The position numbers and the translations under genes were made by a program. Below, piece by piece: positions 56,955 to 64,000 of a stretch of 64,000 nucleotides of DNA. The notes under the pieces were generated by a model. The model was not told the DNA's origin and searched no databases. It was given only the letters and a program-made list of their open reading frames with translations. Numbering within the stretch: the stretch's first letter is position 1; every line of letters starts with the position of its first letter. The DNA is from Thermoanaerobaculia bacterium (GTDB lineage: Bacteria > Acidobacteriota > Thermoanaerobaculia > Multivoradales > Multivoraceae). The stretch covers positions 6,688,001 to 6,752,000 of the forward strand of contig OY761158.1 in assembly GCA_963664405.1 (NCBI GenBank), read 5' to 3'.

Positions 56955-57452
56955 GTGCCAGCTCAAAGTCAACGACGGGGGTTGCGTCGCGCCGGAAAGC
57001 GGCGCAGCGCGCGTGAGATGGCTCTGCAGATGCTTTATCAGCATGAGCTCGGAGGGTCGGGGCTGGATGAGGTGCTCTCCCGTTTCAGCCCGGCTGAGAT
57101 GGTCCTAGAGGGCGACGCCGCCGCGACGCTTCCCGCAGGCAATGCGAGCGCTGCTCAGGACTACGCCAAGGACCTCGTTCGGGGAGTCGCCGAGCACCGT
57201 GATGAGGTGGACAGCCTGATTCGGGAGCACGCCGTCAACTGGCGTTTGGAGCGGATGCCAGTGGTAGACCGTGCGATTCTTCGGGTGGCCGTCTACGAGC
57301 TCTTGTACCAGACCGACATTCCCAGGGTGGTGATCCTCGACGAGGCAATCGAGCTGGCAAAGCTCTTTGGGTCCGAACAATCCAGCGCTTTCGTCAACGG
57401 AGTGCTCGACGGGCTGATCCATACCCAGGAGCTGCCCGGAAAGTTGCACTAG
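56955..57452 (+). CDS. nusB: Transcription antitermination factor NusB
   Basis: RRSAREMALQMLYQ, NWRLERM..VDRAILR, DEAIELAK.FG, FVNGVLD; follows ribH. Confidence 0.96.
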   Translation: MPAQSQRRGLRRAGKRRSAREMALQMLYQHELGGSGLDEVLSRFSPAEMVLEGDAAATLPAGNASAAQDYAKDLVRGVAEHRDEVDSLIREHAVNWRLERMPVVDRAILRVAVYELLYQTDIPRVVILDEAIELAKLFGSEQSSAFVNGVLDGLIHTQELPGKLH

Positions 57453-57613
57453 TGTATCGACCCAGAAGTTCCGGTACACCGAGAGCGTCGATGCACGCGC
57501 CGGGCAAGGCGCGCCGACGCAGGCATATTGGGAATATGTCGAGGAGGCGGAACGCAGCCCGGCGTGATGCAGCGGCGCTCGAATGTGCCGGAACTTCTGG
57601 GGCGGTGCACTAG
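57449..57613. mobile_element. Hairpin/MITE-like element E3 (157 bp between two CTAG)
   Basis: Left CTAGTGTATCGACCCAGAAGTTCCGGTACA vs reverse-complemented right CTAGTGCACCGCCCCAGAAGTTCCGGCACA; pairing continues inward to the shared core. The left CTAG contains the nusB stop. Confidence 0.9.
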
Positions 57614-57638
57614 AGCCCTTGCTCATTGGAGAGATGGT

Positions 57639-58178
57639 ATGAAAGTGCTTCTGTCGCGATCCCGCTACTGTCTGGCCGTCGTTTCTCTTGCGGCAGCCAC
57701 GCTGCTGCTCGGCTGTGGTTACGCGCTGGTCGGCCGGGTCTCCTCGATCCCGGAGGACATACAGGACATCTATGTCGCACCGATGGAGAATCGAACCCAG
57801 CGCGCCCAGCTCGAACAGTTCCTGACTCAGGCGATCACCGACGAGCTCGTCACCCGAAGGCGTTTCAACTTGGTCGGTGGACAGGCCGGGGCCGATGCCG
57901 AGCTGCATGGCACAGTGAAGTCGTTTCGGGTCACACCGGTCACCTTCGATGACGACGGTCGAGGTCAGGAGTACGAGATCTCGATCGTGGCCGACGTGAG
58001 CTTCGAGCGCACCGGTGGCGACGAGGTCGTTTGGTCGAACGACAGCTATCTCTTCAAAGAGATCTACGAAATCGACTCGTCGGCCGACGACTACTTCGAC
58101 CAGGAGAACGTGGCCATTCTGGAAGCTTCCCTGCGCTTCGCCGAAACGATGGTGAGCGACCTCCTCGAAGGCTTCTAG
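57639..58178 (+). CDS. lptE: LptE-family LPS assembly lipoprotein
   Basis: Lipobox LLLGCGY; IYVAPMENRT..LEQFLTQAITDEL; ADAELHGTV; C-terminal helix. Confidence 0.75.
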   Translation: MKVLLSRSRYCLAVVSLAAATLLLGCGYALVGRVSSIPEDIQDIYVAPMENRTQRAQLEQFLTQAITDELVTRRRFNLVGGQAGADAELHGTVKSFRVTPVTFDDDGRGQEYEISIVADVSFERTGGDEVVWSNDSYLFKEIYEIDSSADDYFDQENVAILEASLRFAETMVSDLLEGF

Positions 58179-58428
58179 GCCCGGCCGCCCAGGGCACCCC
58201 ACCTCACCGCGTGCTCGTCACTCGGCTCCTCCGGCGTACAGGAGTACGCCTGCGTCGCCTCGCTCCTGCGCTGCGGCGATCTGGGGCACCCTGAACGGCC
58301 GGGCTCCCCTGGGGATTACCCGAGGAGATTCCCGAGGAGACTCCCTACGCGGCCGGCGGGGCGTACAGGAGTACGCCTGCATCGCCTCGCTCCTGCGCTG
58401 CGGCGATCTGGGGCACCCTGAACGGCCT
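58175..58428. repeat. Hairpin element E4 plus ~127-bp tandem repeat units (left of IS21)
   Basis: CTAG, then GCCCGGCCGCCCAGGGCACCCCA ... TGGGGCACCCTGAACGGCCGGGC imperfect IR. GGCGTACAGGAGTACGCC recurs at 58233 and 58360. Confidence 0.88.
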
Positions 58429-58787
58429 TGTTGATGGCTGCGAGAAAGCGCATCCCGTTGGCTGCGAGCGCAGTTTCCGGGATGGAGTGAGCTGAGGGCT
58501 TCGCGACCGCGGGAAAGCTAGGCCTTCTTCAGGAAGGGCGGCATCATCCCGCCGGAACGGCGGTCCGGGTGCGTGGTCCCGGCGGCGTGTTTGCGGTCGG
58601 AAGAGATGCGTGAGTCGGTGTAGGGCTTTGCAGTGCGGGCTCTGCTCTGATAGAGCAGGCCGACCAGAGACGGCGAGAGCCCGGGAAAGCGAAGTAGAAA
58701 ACGCCCCGGGCTCTGCCCCAAACCGCAGCATTAGCTGCGCTTGCAGTATGGCAGAGAGTCGGGGTCGTCGTCGAATGGGAGGCGACG

Positions 58788-59183
58788 ATGCGACCGGACT
58801 ACCGACTCTTCGACTGTGCTCGATGCCGTCGGCGTATCTCGCTGTGCTCGCACTGTGACCGTGGCCAGCGTTACTGCCGGGCTTGTGCTCTGGTGGCTCG
58901 TCGGGAATCGACTCGGGCGGCCGGCCATCGGTACCAGCGAAGCCTCCGAGGTCGGCATTGTCATGCCGCCCGTCAGGCCCGCTACCGTCGGCGCCAGCGC
59001 GAGCGGGCAGAGAAAGTGACGCATCAGGGTACCCCAGGCGGTACTTCGGGGAGGACACTGTGTCGGATCGAGACTCCGAGGCGCGAAGTGCGCTACGACC
59101 CGAGGAATCCGCGATGCATGCAGTGTGGAGAGGCCTGCCGAGAGTTTGTGCGAACGAGCTTTCGTCGTTGCCGACGGAGATAG
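58788..59183 (+). CDS. Cys-rich basic (putative Zn-finger) accessory protein of the IS21 element
   Basis: CARC..CSHCDRGQRYC.AC and CMQC...C motifs, Arg-rich; GGAGG RBS; stops 4 nt before istA. Confidence 0.75.
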   Translation: MRPDYRLFDCARCRRRISLCSHCDRGQRYCRACALVARRESTRAAGHRYQRSLRGRHCHAARQARYRRRQRERAEKVTHQGTPGGTSGRTLCRIETPRREVRYDPRNPRCMQCGEACREFVRTSFRRCRRR

Positions 59184-59187
59184 GGGC

Positions 59188-60696
59188 GTGATCGACGCAC
59201 AGCTGCGCGGGGAGATCCGTCGTCTGTTCCTGGTCGAGAAGTGGAAAGTCGGCACGATCGCTCGACAGCTACAGCTGCACCCCTCAACCGTGCGCCGGGC
59301 GCTGGAGAAGTCCGGCGTGCTACCCCAGCAGCGACGAGGGAGGATGATCGATCCTTACCTGCCGTTCATCGAGCAGGTGCTCGGGACCTACCCACGACTG
59401 CCGGCGAGCCGTCTCTACACCATGGTGGTGGAGCGCGGCTATCCAGGAGGCCCGGATCAGTTTCGCCACCTGGTGGCCTCGATGCGACCGAAGCCCCAGC
59501 GCGAGGCGTTTCTCTCGCTGCGCATGCTGCCAGGAGAGCAGGCGCAGGTCGACTGGGGCCACTTCGGTCGGCTCCGCGTCGGCCGGGCACATCGTCGGCT
59601 CTATGCCTTCGTCTTCGTGCTGTCGTTCTCGCGCACGGTCTTCGTGCACTTCACCCTCGACACTCGTCTCGAAACCTTCTTGCACGCTCACCAGCTGGCC
59701 TTCCACTACGTCGACGGCGTCGTCAGGACCGTTCTGTACGACAACCTGCGAACCGCGGTGATCGAGCGGCAGGGAACCGCGGTGCGCTTCCATCCCGTGC
59801 TGCTCGATTTCGCCAGCCACTACGGCTTCCTTCCCACCGTCGCCGCGGTGGCTCGGGGAAATGAGAAAGGCCGCGTCGAGCGCGCAATCCGCTTCCTGCG
59901 AAGCTCGTTCTTCGGCGCCCGAACGGTGAGCGATTTGGATCGTCTGAATCGGCAGGTCCTGGAATGGTGCCAGAGGTCGCAGCGCAGACCCTGGCCGCAG
60001 GACCGACAGCGAACCGTGAAAAGCGCCCTGGCCCAGGAACGACCTCGACTGCTTGAGCTTCCCGGAGACGACTTCGAAACCGACCTGCGACTGGAGATCA
60101 AGGTCAGAAAGACGCCGATCGTGCGCTTCGACCTCAACGACTACTCGGTGCCGCACAGTCATGTGCAGAGGACCGTCACGCTCCTCGCCAGCGAGCATCG
60201 GGTGCGGATCCTCGATGGCCAGGAGCTCCTCGCCGAGCACCCTCGCTCGTACTCCCGGGGCGAGCAGATCCTCGATCCTCAACACCTCGAGGAGCTCCTC
60301 GCTCACAAACGCAGGGCCCGACGACACCGGGGCTTCCATCGGCTGTTTTCCGCTGTGCCTCGATGCGAAGAGCTGATGCAGCAGCTCGCCGAGCGAGGCG
60401 AGAACCTCGGAACGCAGACCGCCGGCCTGCTCCGACTCCTGCGCCAGTACGGCCCCCAGCGACTCGACAAAGCCGTGCGCGAAGCGCTCCTGAACCACGC
60501 ACCGCGATTCCAGTCCGTCCGGCTCCTACTCGAACGGCACCAGCGCGGCCTCGGTCAGCCCCCGGCTTTACCGGTGCCGCTCAGCCAGGAGCTCCAACAG
60601 CGAGATCTCTCCGTGAGACCGCACAACCTCGAGGACTACGACCAACTTGGAGGCAACGACGATGGCCCGACCCAGGAAGAGTCCAACGATCCCTGA
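59188..60696 (+). CDS. istA: IS21 transposase IstA
   Basis: N-terminal HTH (IARQLQLHPSTVRRAL); DDE triad in QAQVDWG, LYDNLR and KGRVER; GTG start at 59188. Confidence 0.95.
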   Translation: MIDAQLRGEIRRLFLVEKWKVGTIARQLQLHPSTVRRALEKSGVLPQQRRGRMIDPYLPFIEQVLGTYPRLPASRLYTMVVERGYPGGPDQFRHLVASMRPKPQREAFLSLRMLPGEQAQVDWGHFGRLRVGRAHRRLYAFVFVLSFSRTVFVHFTLDTRLETFLHAHQLAFHYVDGVVRTVLYDNLRTAVIERQGTAVRFHPVLLDFASHYGFLPTVAAVARGNEKGRVERAIRFLRSSFFGARTVSDLDRLNRQVLEWCQRSQRRPWPQDRQRTVKSALAQERPRLLELPGDDFETDLRLEIKVRKTPIVRFDLNDYSVPHSHVQRTVTLLASEHRVRILDGQELLAEHPRSYSRGEQILDPQHLEELLAHKRRARRHRGFHRLFSAVPRCEELMQQLAERGENLGTQTAGLLRLLRQYGPQRLDKAVREALLNHAPRFQSVRLLLERHQRGLGQPPALPVPLSQELQQRDLSVRPHNLEDYDQLGGNDDGPTQEESNDP

Positions 60697-61456
60697 CGAA
60701 CCACTACGAGAGCTCGCCCGATCCCTCGGCTTCTACGCCCTCGTCGACGACTGGGGCACCTACCGAGAACAGCCCTGGCTCGAACAGCTGCTGCGCAAAG
60801 AAGAGGCCGAGCGCAAACGGCGCAGCCTCGAACGGCGCATCCGCACCAGCCGCGTCGGGCTCTTCAAGAGCATCGCCGACTTCGACTTCTCCTGGCCCCA
60901 GCGCATCGACCGCGAGCAGATCCAGGATCTGCTCACCCTCCAATTCCTCGACGACATCACCAACGTCATCCTCCTCGGACCCAACGGTGTCGGCAAGACC
61001 ATGATTGCCAAGAACCTCCTCTACCAGGCGCTGCAACGAGGGGCCACCGCCAGCTTCGTCACCGCCTCCGACATGCTCAACGATCTCGCCGTCCAGGAAA
61101 CCCCCTCGGCGCTCCAGAGAAGGCTCTCCAAATACACCCGACCCTCGCTTTTGGCAATCGATGAGCTCGGCTATCTCTCCTACGACCACCGCCACGCGGA
61201 TCTCCTCTTCGAGGTCGTCTCCAGGAGATACGGCAACAAGCCCATTCTTCTCACCACCAACAAGCCCTTCGCCGAATGGGCCGAGGTCTTTCCCAACGCC
61301 TCCTGCGTCGTCACTCTCGTCGATCGACTCACCCACCACGCCGAGATCGTCAAGATCGAGGCTAACTCCTATCGCCGCAAGGAGGCCAAGGAGGCTGCTG
61401 AAAAAAAGGCCAAGGACCGCGCCAAAAGGCGGAGCGCAGCACGACGACGCTCATGA
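60662..61456 (+). CDS. istB: IS21 helper ATPase IstB
   Basis: Walker A GPNGVGKT, Walker B LLAIDELGY, TTNKPFAEW, LVDRLTHH, SYR. Confidence 0.95.
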   Translation: MARPRKSPTIPDEPLRELARSLGFYALVDDWGTYREQPWLEQLLRKEEAERKRRSLERRIRTSRVGLFKSIADFDFSWPQRIDREQIQDLLTLQFLDDITNVILLGPNGVGKTMIAKNLLYQALQRGATASFVTASDMLNDLAVQETPSALQRRLSKYTRPSLLAIDELGYLSYDHRHADLLFEVVSRRYGNKPILLTTNKPFAEWAEVFPNASCVVTLVDRLTHHAEIVKIEANSYRRKEAKEAAEKKAKDRAKRRSAARRRS

Positions 61457-61809
61457 CCCGAAGCCACTATCGGCGCCAGCTCCTCCGCCTCTATCGACTC
61501 CTTCCCGACACCCCGCACCGCTTCCACCACGGCGACCGCGTCATCGTCGACCAGCTCTTCGACCAAGACCTGCCTCTCACCGTCCTCCAGGCCGCCCTCC
61601 TCCTCGGCTCCGCCCGACGCGCATGCCGAGATCCGCGCCTACCAAAGCTCCAGCCCATCCGATCCCTCGCCTACTTTCTCCCCATCCTCCGAGAACTCCC
61701 CACGACGCCACCCCCCGAGGGGTACCTCGACTATCTGCGCCACACCCTGAGTCACGCCTCGCGGGGACAAAAAACCGACTCGCAGCCAACTAAGTGCGCT
61801 TTCTCGTAG
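61453..61809 (+). CDS. Hypothetical helical protein, fourth ORF of the IS21 element
   Basis: ATGA overlap with the istB stop; stop lies inside the right IR; LLLGSARR..PIRSLAYFLPILREL. Confidence 0.7.
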   Translation: MTRSHYRRQLLRLYRLLPDTPHRFHHGDRVIVDQLFDQDLPLTVLQAALLLGSARRACRDPRLPKLQPIRSLAYFLPILRELPTTPPPEGYLDYLRHTLSHASRGQKTDSQPTKCAFS

Positions 61810-61818
61810 CCGGTAACA

Positions 61819-62078
61819 CCCCTGGGGATTACCCGAGGAGATTCCCGAGGAGATTCCCTACGCGGCCGGCTGGGCGTACGAGTACGCCTGCGCCGCCTCG
61901 CCCCTGCGACTGCGGCGATCTGAGGCACCCTGAACGGCCGGGCTCCCGTGGGGATTACCCGAGGAGATTCCCGAGGAGACTCCCTACGCGGCCGGCGGGG
62001 CGTACAGGAGTACGCTTGCATCGCCTCGCCCCTGCGACTGCGGCGATCTGAGGCACCCTGAACGGCGGGCTTCCCTAG
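61819..62078. repeat. Two further ~126-bp tandem repeat units (right of IS21), ending at CTAG
   Basis: GGGATTACCCGAGGAGATTCCCGAGGAGA..CCCTACGCGGCCGGC..GGCGTAC..GTACGC..GCACCCTGAACGGC repeated; GGCGTAC at 61873 and 61999. Confidence 0.9.
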
Positions 62079-62109
62079 AATCCCCAGGGACTCCTATGCG
62101 AGACGGATC

Positions 62110-62219
62110 CTAGGAGCGTGTCCGAGAATTCGGACAGGCGAGTAGTTCTTAGGGGGGGATGGGCCGGAGAACGGGCCGGAGGCCCGCTTTCCGGGGCTAG
62201 GAGCGTGTCCGAGTATTCG
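62110..62219 (+). repeat. 23-bp direct repeat starting with CTAG (probable mobile-element end remnants)
   Basis: CTAGGAGCGTGTCCGAG(A/T)ATTCG at 62110 and 62197. Confidence 0.7.
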
Positions 62220-62326
62220 TCCTGAGCCGTTTCCGTGAGCGAATAGGAAGCAACGCCCAAGTGCGCCGTCCTCGGCGCCAAGAGACAACTAGGCGGAGGA
62301 AATGATAGCCATCATTTCTGGAGCCT

Positions 62327-62623
62327 CTAGCTCTCCGCGGGCTGGGGCTCTTCTTCGGCGGGGGAGAGGGTGCCTACGAGCTTGGTCAGCCGCGACTTGT
62401 AGCGAGCGGCGGTATTGCGGTGGATGACGCCCTTTTGGGCGGTCGTGTCGATCAGGCCGAGAGTGGGACGAAGGGCTTCGCGTGCCCCCTCGGCGTCGCC
62501 GCTCTCGACGAGAGTGCGAAGGTTCTTGATCCTGCCCCGCATCCGCGTTTGATAGGAGCGGTTGCGCTCCCGATGTTTTTCGCTCTGGCGCTGACGCTTT
62601 TCTACGGTCTTACTTTTAGCCAT
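62327..62623 (-). CDS. rpsT: 30S ribosomal protein S20
   Basis: KRQRQSEKHRERNRS, IDTTAQKGVIHRNTAARYKSRL. Confidence 0.96.
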   Translation of the reverse strand: MAKSKTVEKRQRQSEKHRERNRSYQTRMRGRIKNLRTLVESGDAEGAREALRPTLGLIDTTAQKGVIHRNTAARYKSRLTKLVGTLSPAEEEPQPAES

Positions 62624-62661
62624 CGATCTACCTACCTTGCTCTAGACTCGGTTGTCTGTTT

Positions 62662-63564
62662 CTAGTTGCCGGGATCGAACTCTTTCAGCTGCTGTCTGGC
62701 GATCGCAGCCTCTTCGCTCGACGGGTGATTCTGTTCTACTGACATGAGGTCATTTAAGCCCTTCTCTCGCTCGCCTAGCTCGAGGTAGGCGTAGCCGCGT
62801 CTGAGAATGGCGCTGGGTACCTTTTCGCTGCGCGGGTAGCGTGATACGACGTTGGTGAACTCGCCGATCGCCTCCAAGAAGTGACCTTGGTTGAAATAGG
62901 ACTCGCCGATCCAGTAGAGGGCGTTGTCTGCCAGTTCGGTCTCGGGGTAGGTCTCGAGGTATTCGCGAAAACCGAGGGTCGCCAGCTCGTACTCACTCCT
63001 TCGATAGTCCTTGTAGGCCTGATTATAGAGGGTCTCCGGATCAGCTCCTGCGGCTTCCGAGATTCCCTCGCCGGTTGGAATGTGTGGAGGCGGTGCCAAG
63101 GCCAGGGCTTTGAGCTCCTGGTTGGTTGCGGCCACCTGCTGGGAGAGCTGATCGATCCGGTACACCGTGTCCTGAAGCTGGGCTTCGAGCTCTCCGATGC
63201 GAGAAGAGAGGGTATCGAGATCGAGCCGTAAATCGGCCCCCGACCGGAGAAGCTTGTCTGCTTCAGCAGCAACTCGCTCGCCGAGCTCCTCGATCTCACC
63301 TTTAGTTGAGACCTCCGAGTCGAGTGCGGCAATTTGACGTTGGATCTCACCGAGACGCTCATTGATCGTCTCGAGCTCGGTCGTCGAAGTGCAGCTGACG
63401 AGAGCGAGCAACGCGACAAGACCAACTACAACGGCAGAAGAGCAAGAAGCGTTCCGCTCATCAGAGCGGGTGTTGGGTCGCTCAGAAGAGCGGGGAGCGG
63501 ACCGCTCGGTGGCCGAAGTGAAGGTCGGGATCGCTAGCCTAGAGCCCCAGGAATCCCGCGCCAT
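62662..63564 (-). CDS. cpoB: Tol-Pal system protein CpoB/YbgF
   Basis: Coiled coil followed by TPRs (LYNQAY, LADNALYWIGESYF, YPRSEKVP); downstream of pal. Start uncertain. Confidence 0.9.
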   Translation of the reverse strand: MARDSWGSRLAIPTFTSATERSAPRSSERPNTRSDERNASCSSAVVVGLVALLALVSCTSTTELETINERLGEIQRQIAALDSEVSTKGEIEELGERVAAEADKLLRSGADLRLDLDTLSSRIGELEAQLQDTVYRIDQLSQQVAATNQELKALALAPPPHIPTGEGISEAAGADPETLYNQAYKDYRRSEYELATLGFREYLETYPETELADNALYWIGESYFNQGHFLEAIGEFTNVVSRYPRSEKVPSAILRRGYAYLELGEREKGLNDLMSVEQNHPSSEEAAIARQQLKEFDPGN

Positions 63565-63672
63565 TTGTTGTGGTCATTCTTGTTTCTGGCCCCGCAACAG
63601 AAGGGATGCTTCCCTGCTTTCTGCGAGGCAGAGTTGAGGTAGCGCTGATCGGGAGCTTTCGCGCTCCTGCTA

Positions 63673-64000
63673 CTATCCGCCGACCGTACCGGTCAAATGG
63701 AACTCTCCCCTACGGTTCCTTCCCCAACAGCTCTCGTTGGCCTGGGTACAGGTGGGACGCTCCTCGCCGTAGCTGACTGTTTGGATGCGCGATGCCGGAA
63801 CTCCCAACGAGCTGAGGTATTCCTTGGCCGCGTTCGCTCGGCGGTCACCGAGAGCGATGTTGTAGTCGTTGGTCCCTCGCTCGTCGCAGTGGCCCTGGAT
63901 GGTGACGACGAAAGACGGCTCGGACTTGAGAAAGGTGGCATTCTTGGCGAGGCGCTCGCGGGCCTCTGCCTGGAGATCGTATTTGTCGAAGGCGAAGAAA
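63673..64000 (-). CDS. pal: Peptidoglycan-associated lipoprotein Pal (3' part; truncated by window edge)
   Basis: Manual translation FFAFDKYDL...IQGHCDERGTNDYNIALGDRRA...VSYGEERP...NRRGEF. Confidence 0.95.
   Translation of the reverse strand, partial: FFAFDKYDLQAEARERLAKNATFLKSEPSFVVTIQGHCDERGTNDYNIALGDRRANAAKEYLSSLGVPASRIQTVSYGEERPTCTQANESCWGRNRRGEFHLTGTVGG

Larger units (their letters stand above)
58429..61818 (+). mobile_element. IS21-family insertion sequence, 3390 bp, four ORFs
   Basis: Left end TGTTGATGGCTGCGAGAAAGCGCATCCCGTTGGCTGCGAG; reverse-complemented right end TGTTACCGGCTACGAGAAAAGCGCACTTAGTTGGCTGCGAG. TG..CA ends with repeated GGCTGCGAG sites; istA-istB inside. Confidence 0.93.

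Noticed and set aside
57528-57638. N-terminal extensions in the ORF track (lptE; similarly argF, rex, moxR, nusB, yceH)
   Set aside because: They run into element E3, a tRNA or neighbouring genes; downstream starts fit the family N-termini better.
58429-61818. IS21 transposase as the mobiliser of the CTAG hairpin elements
   Set aside because: The IS ends (TGTT..GGCTGCGAG) share no sequence with the element arms, and CTAG specificity is not an IS21 trait. Not formally excluded.
58233-62073. CRISPR array interpretation of the palindromic repeats around the IS21
   Set aside because: The intervening segments are near-identical rather than unique spacers, the period is ~126 bp, and there are no cas genes in the window.

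Overview
High-GC bacterial chromosomal window; gene content suggests an Acidobacteriota-like diderm, which is inference. Most of it is core genome: comEC-miaA-hfq, dnaE, glyA under a ZMP/ZTP riboswitch, aceK, etfBA with a membrane Fe-S oxidoreductase, sahR-ahcY, rex, der, ihf-merR-tRNA-Pro, argF, ribH-nusB-lptE, rpsT and cpoB-pal. It also holds a sigma54-type minor-pilin cluster and a 16-kb uncharacterised envelope cluster (3x DUF4159, vWA/GATase-like, caspase-fold, TPR-metallopeptidase, MoxR, DUF58, BatA-vWA, large coiled-coil protein). Four observations stand out. (1) A family of ~158-bp CTAG-bounded hairpin insertion elements whose arms are unrelated between copies while the central ~54-nt core and the length are conserved; one copy cleanly disrupts a phosphodiesterase gene. 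(2) A four-ORF IS21-family element with a structured leader, sitting in a tandem array derived from a related hairpin. (3) A TRAP transporter, a GalK-like kinase with altered sugar-binding residues and a nucleotidyltransferase, which together may form a uronic-acid-to-NDP-sugar salvage route. (4) Two genes that appear to start at CTG. All family assignments come from motif recognition by eye; no searches were run.
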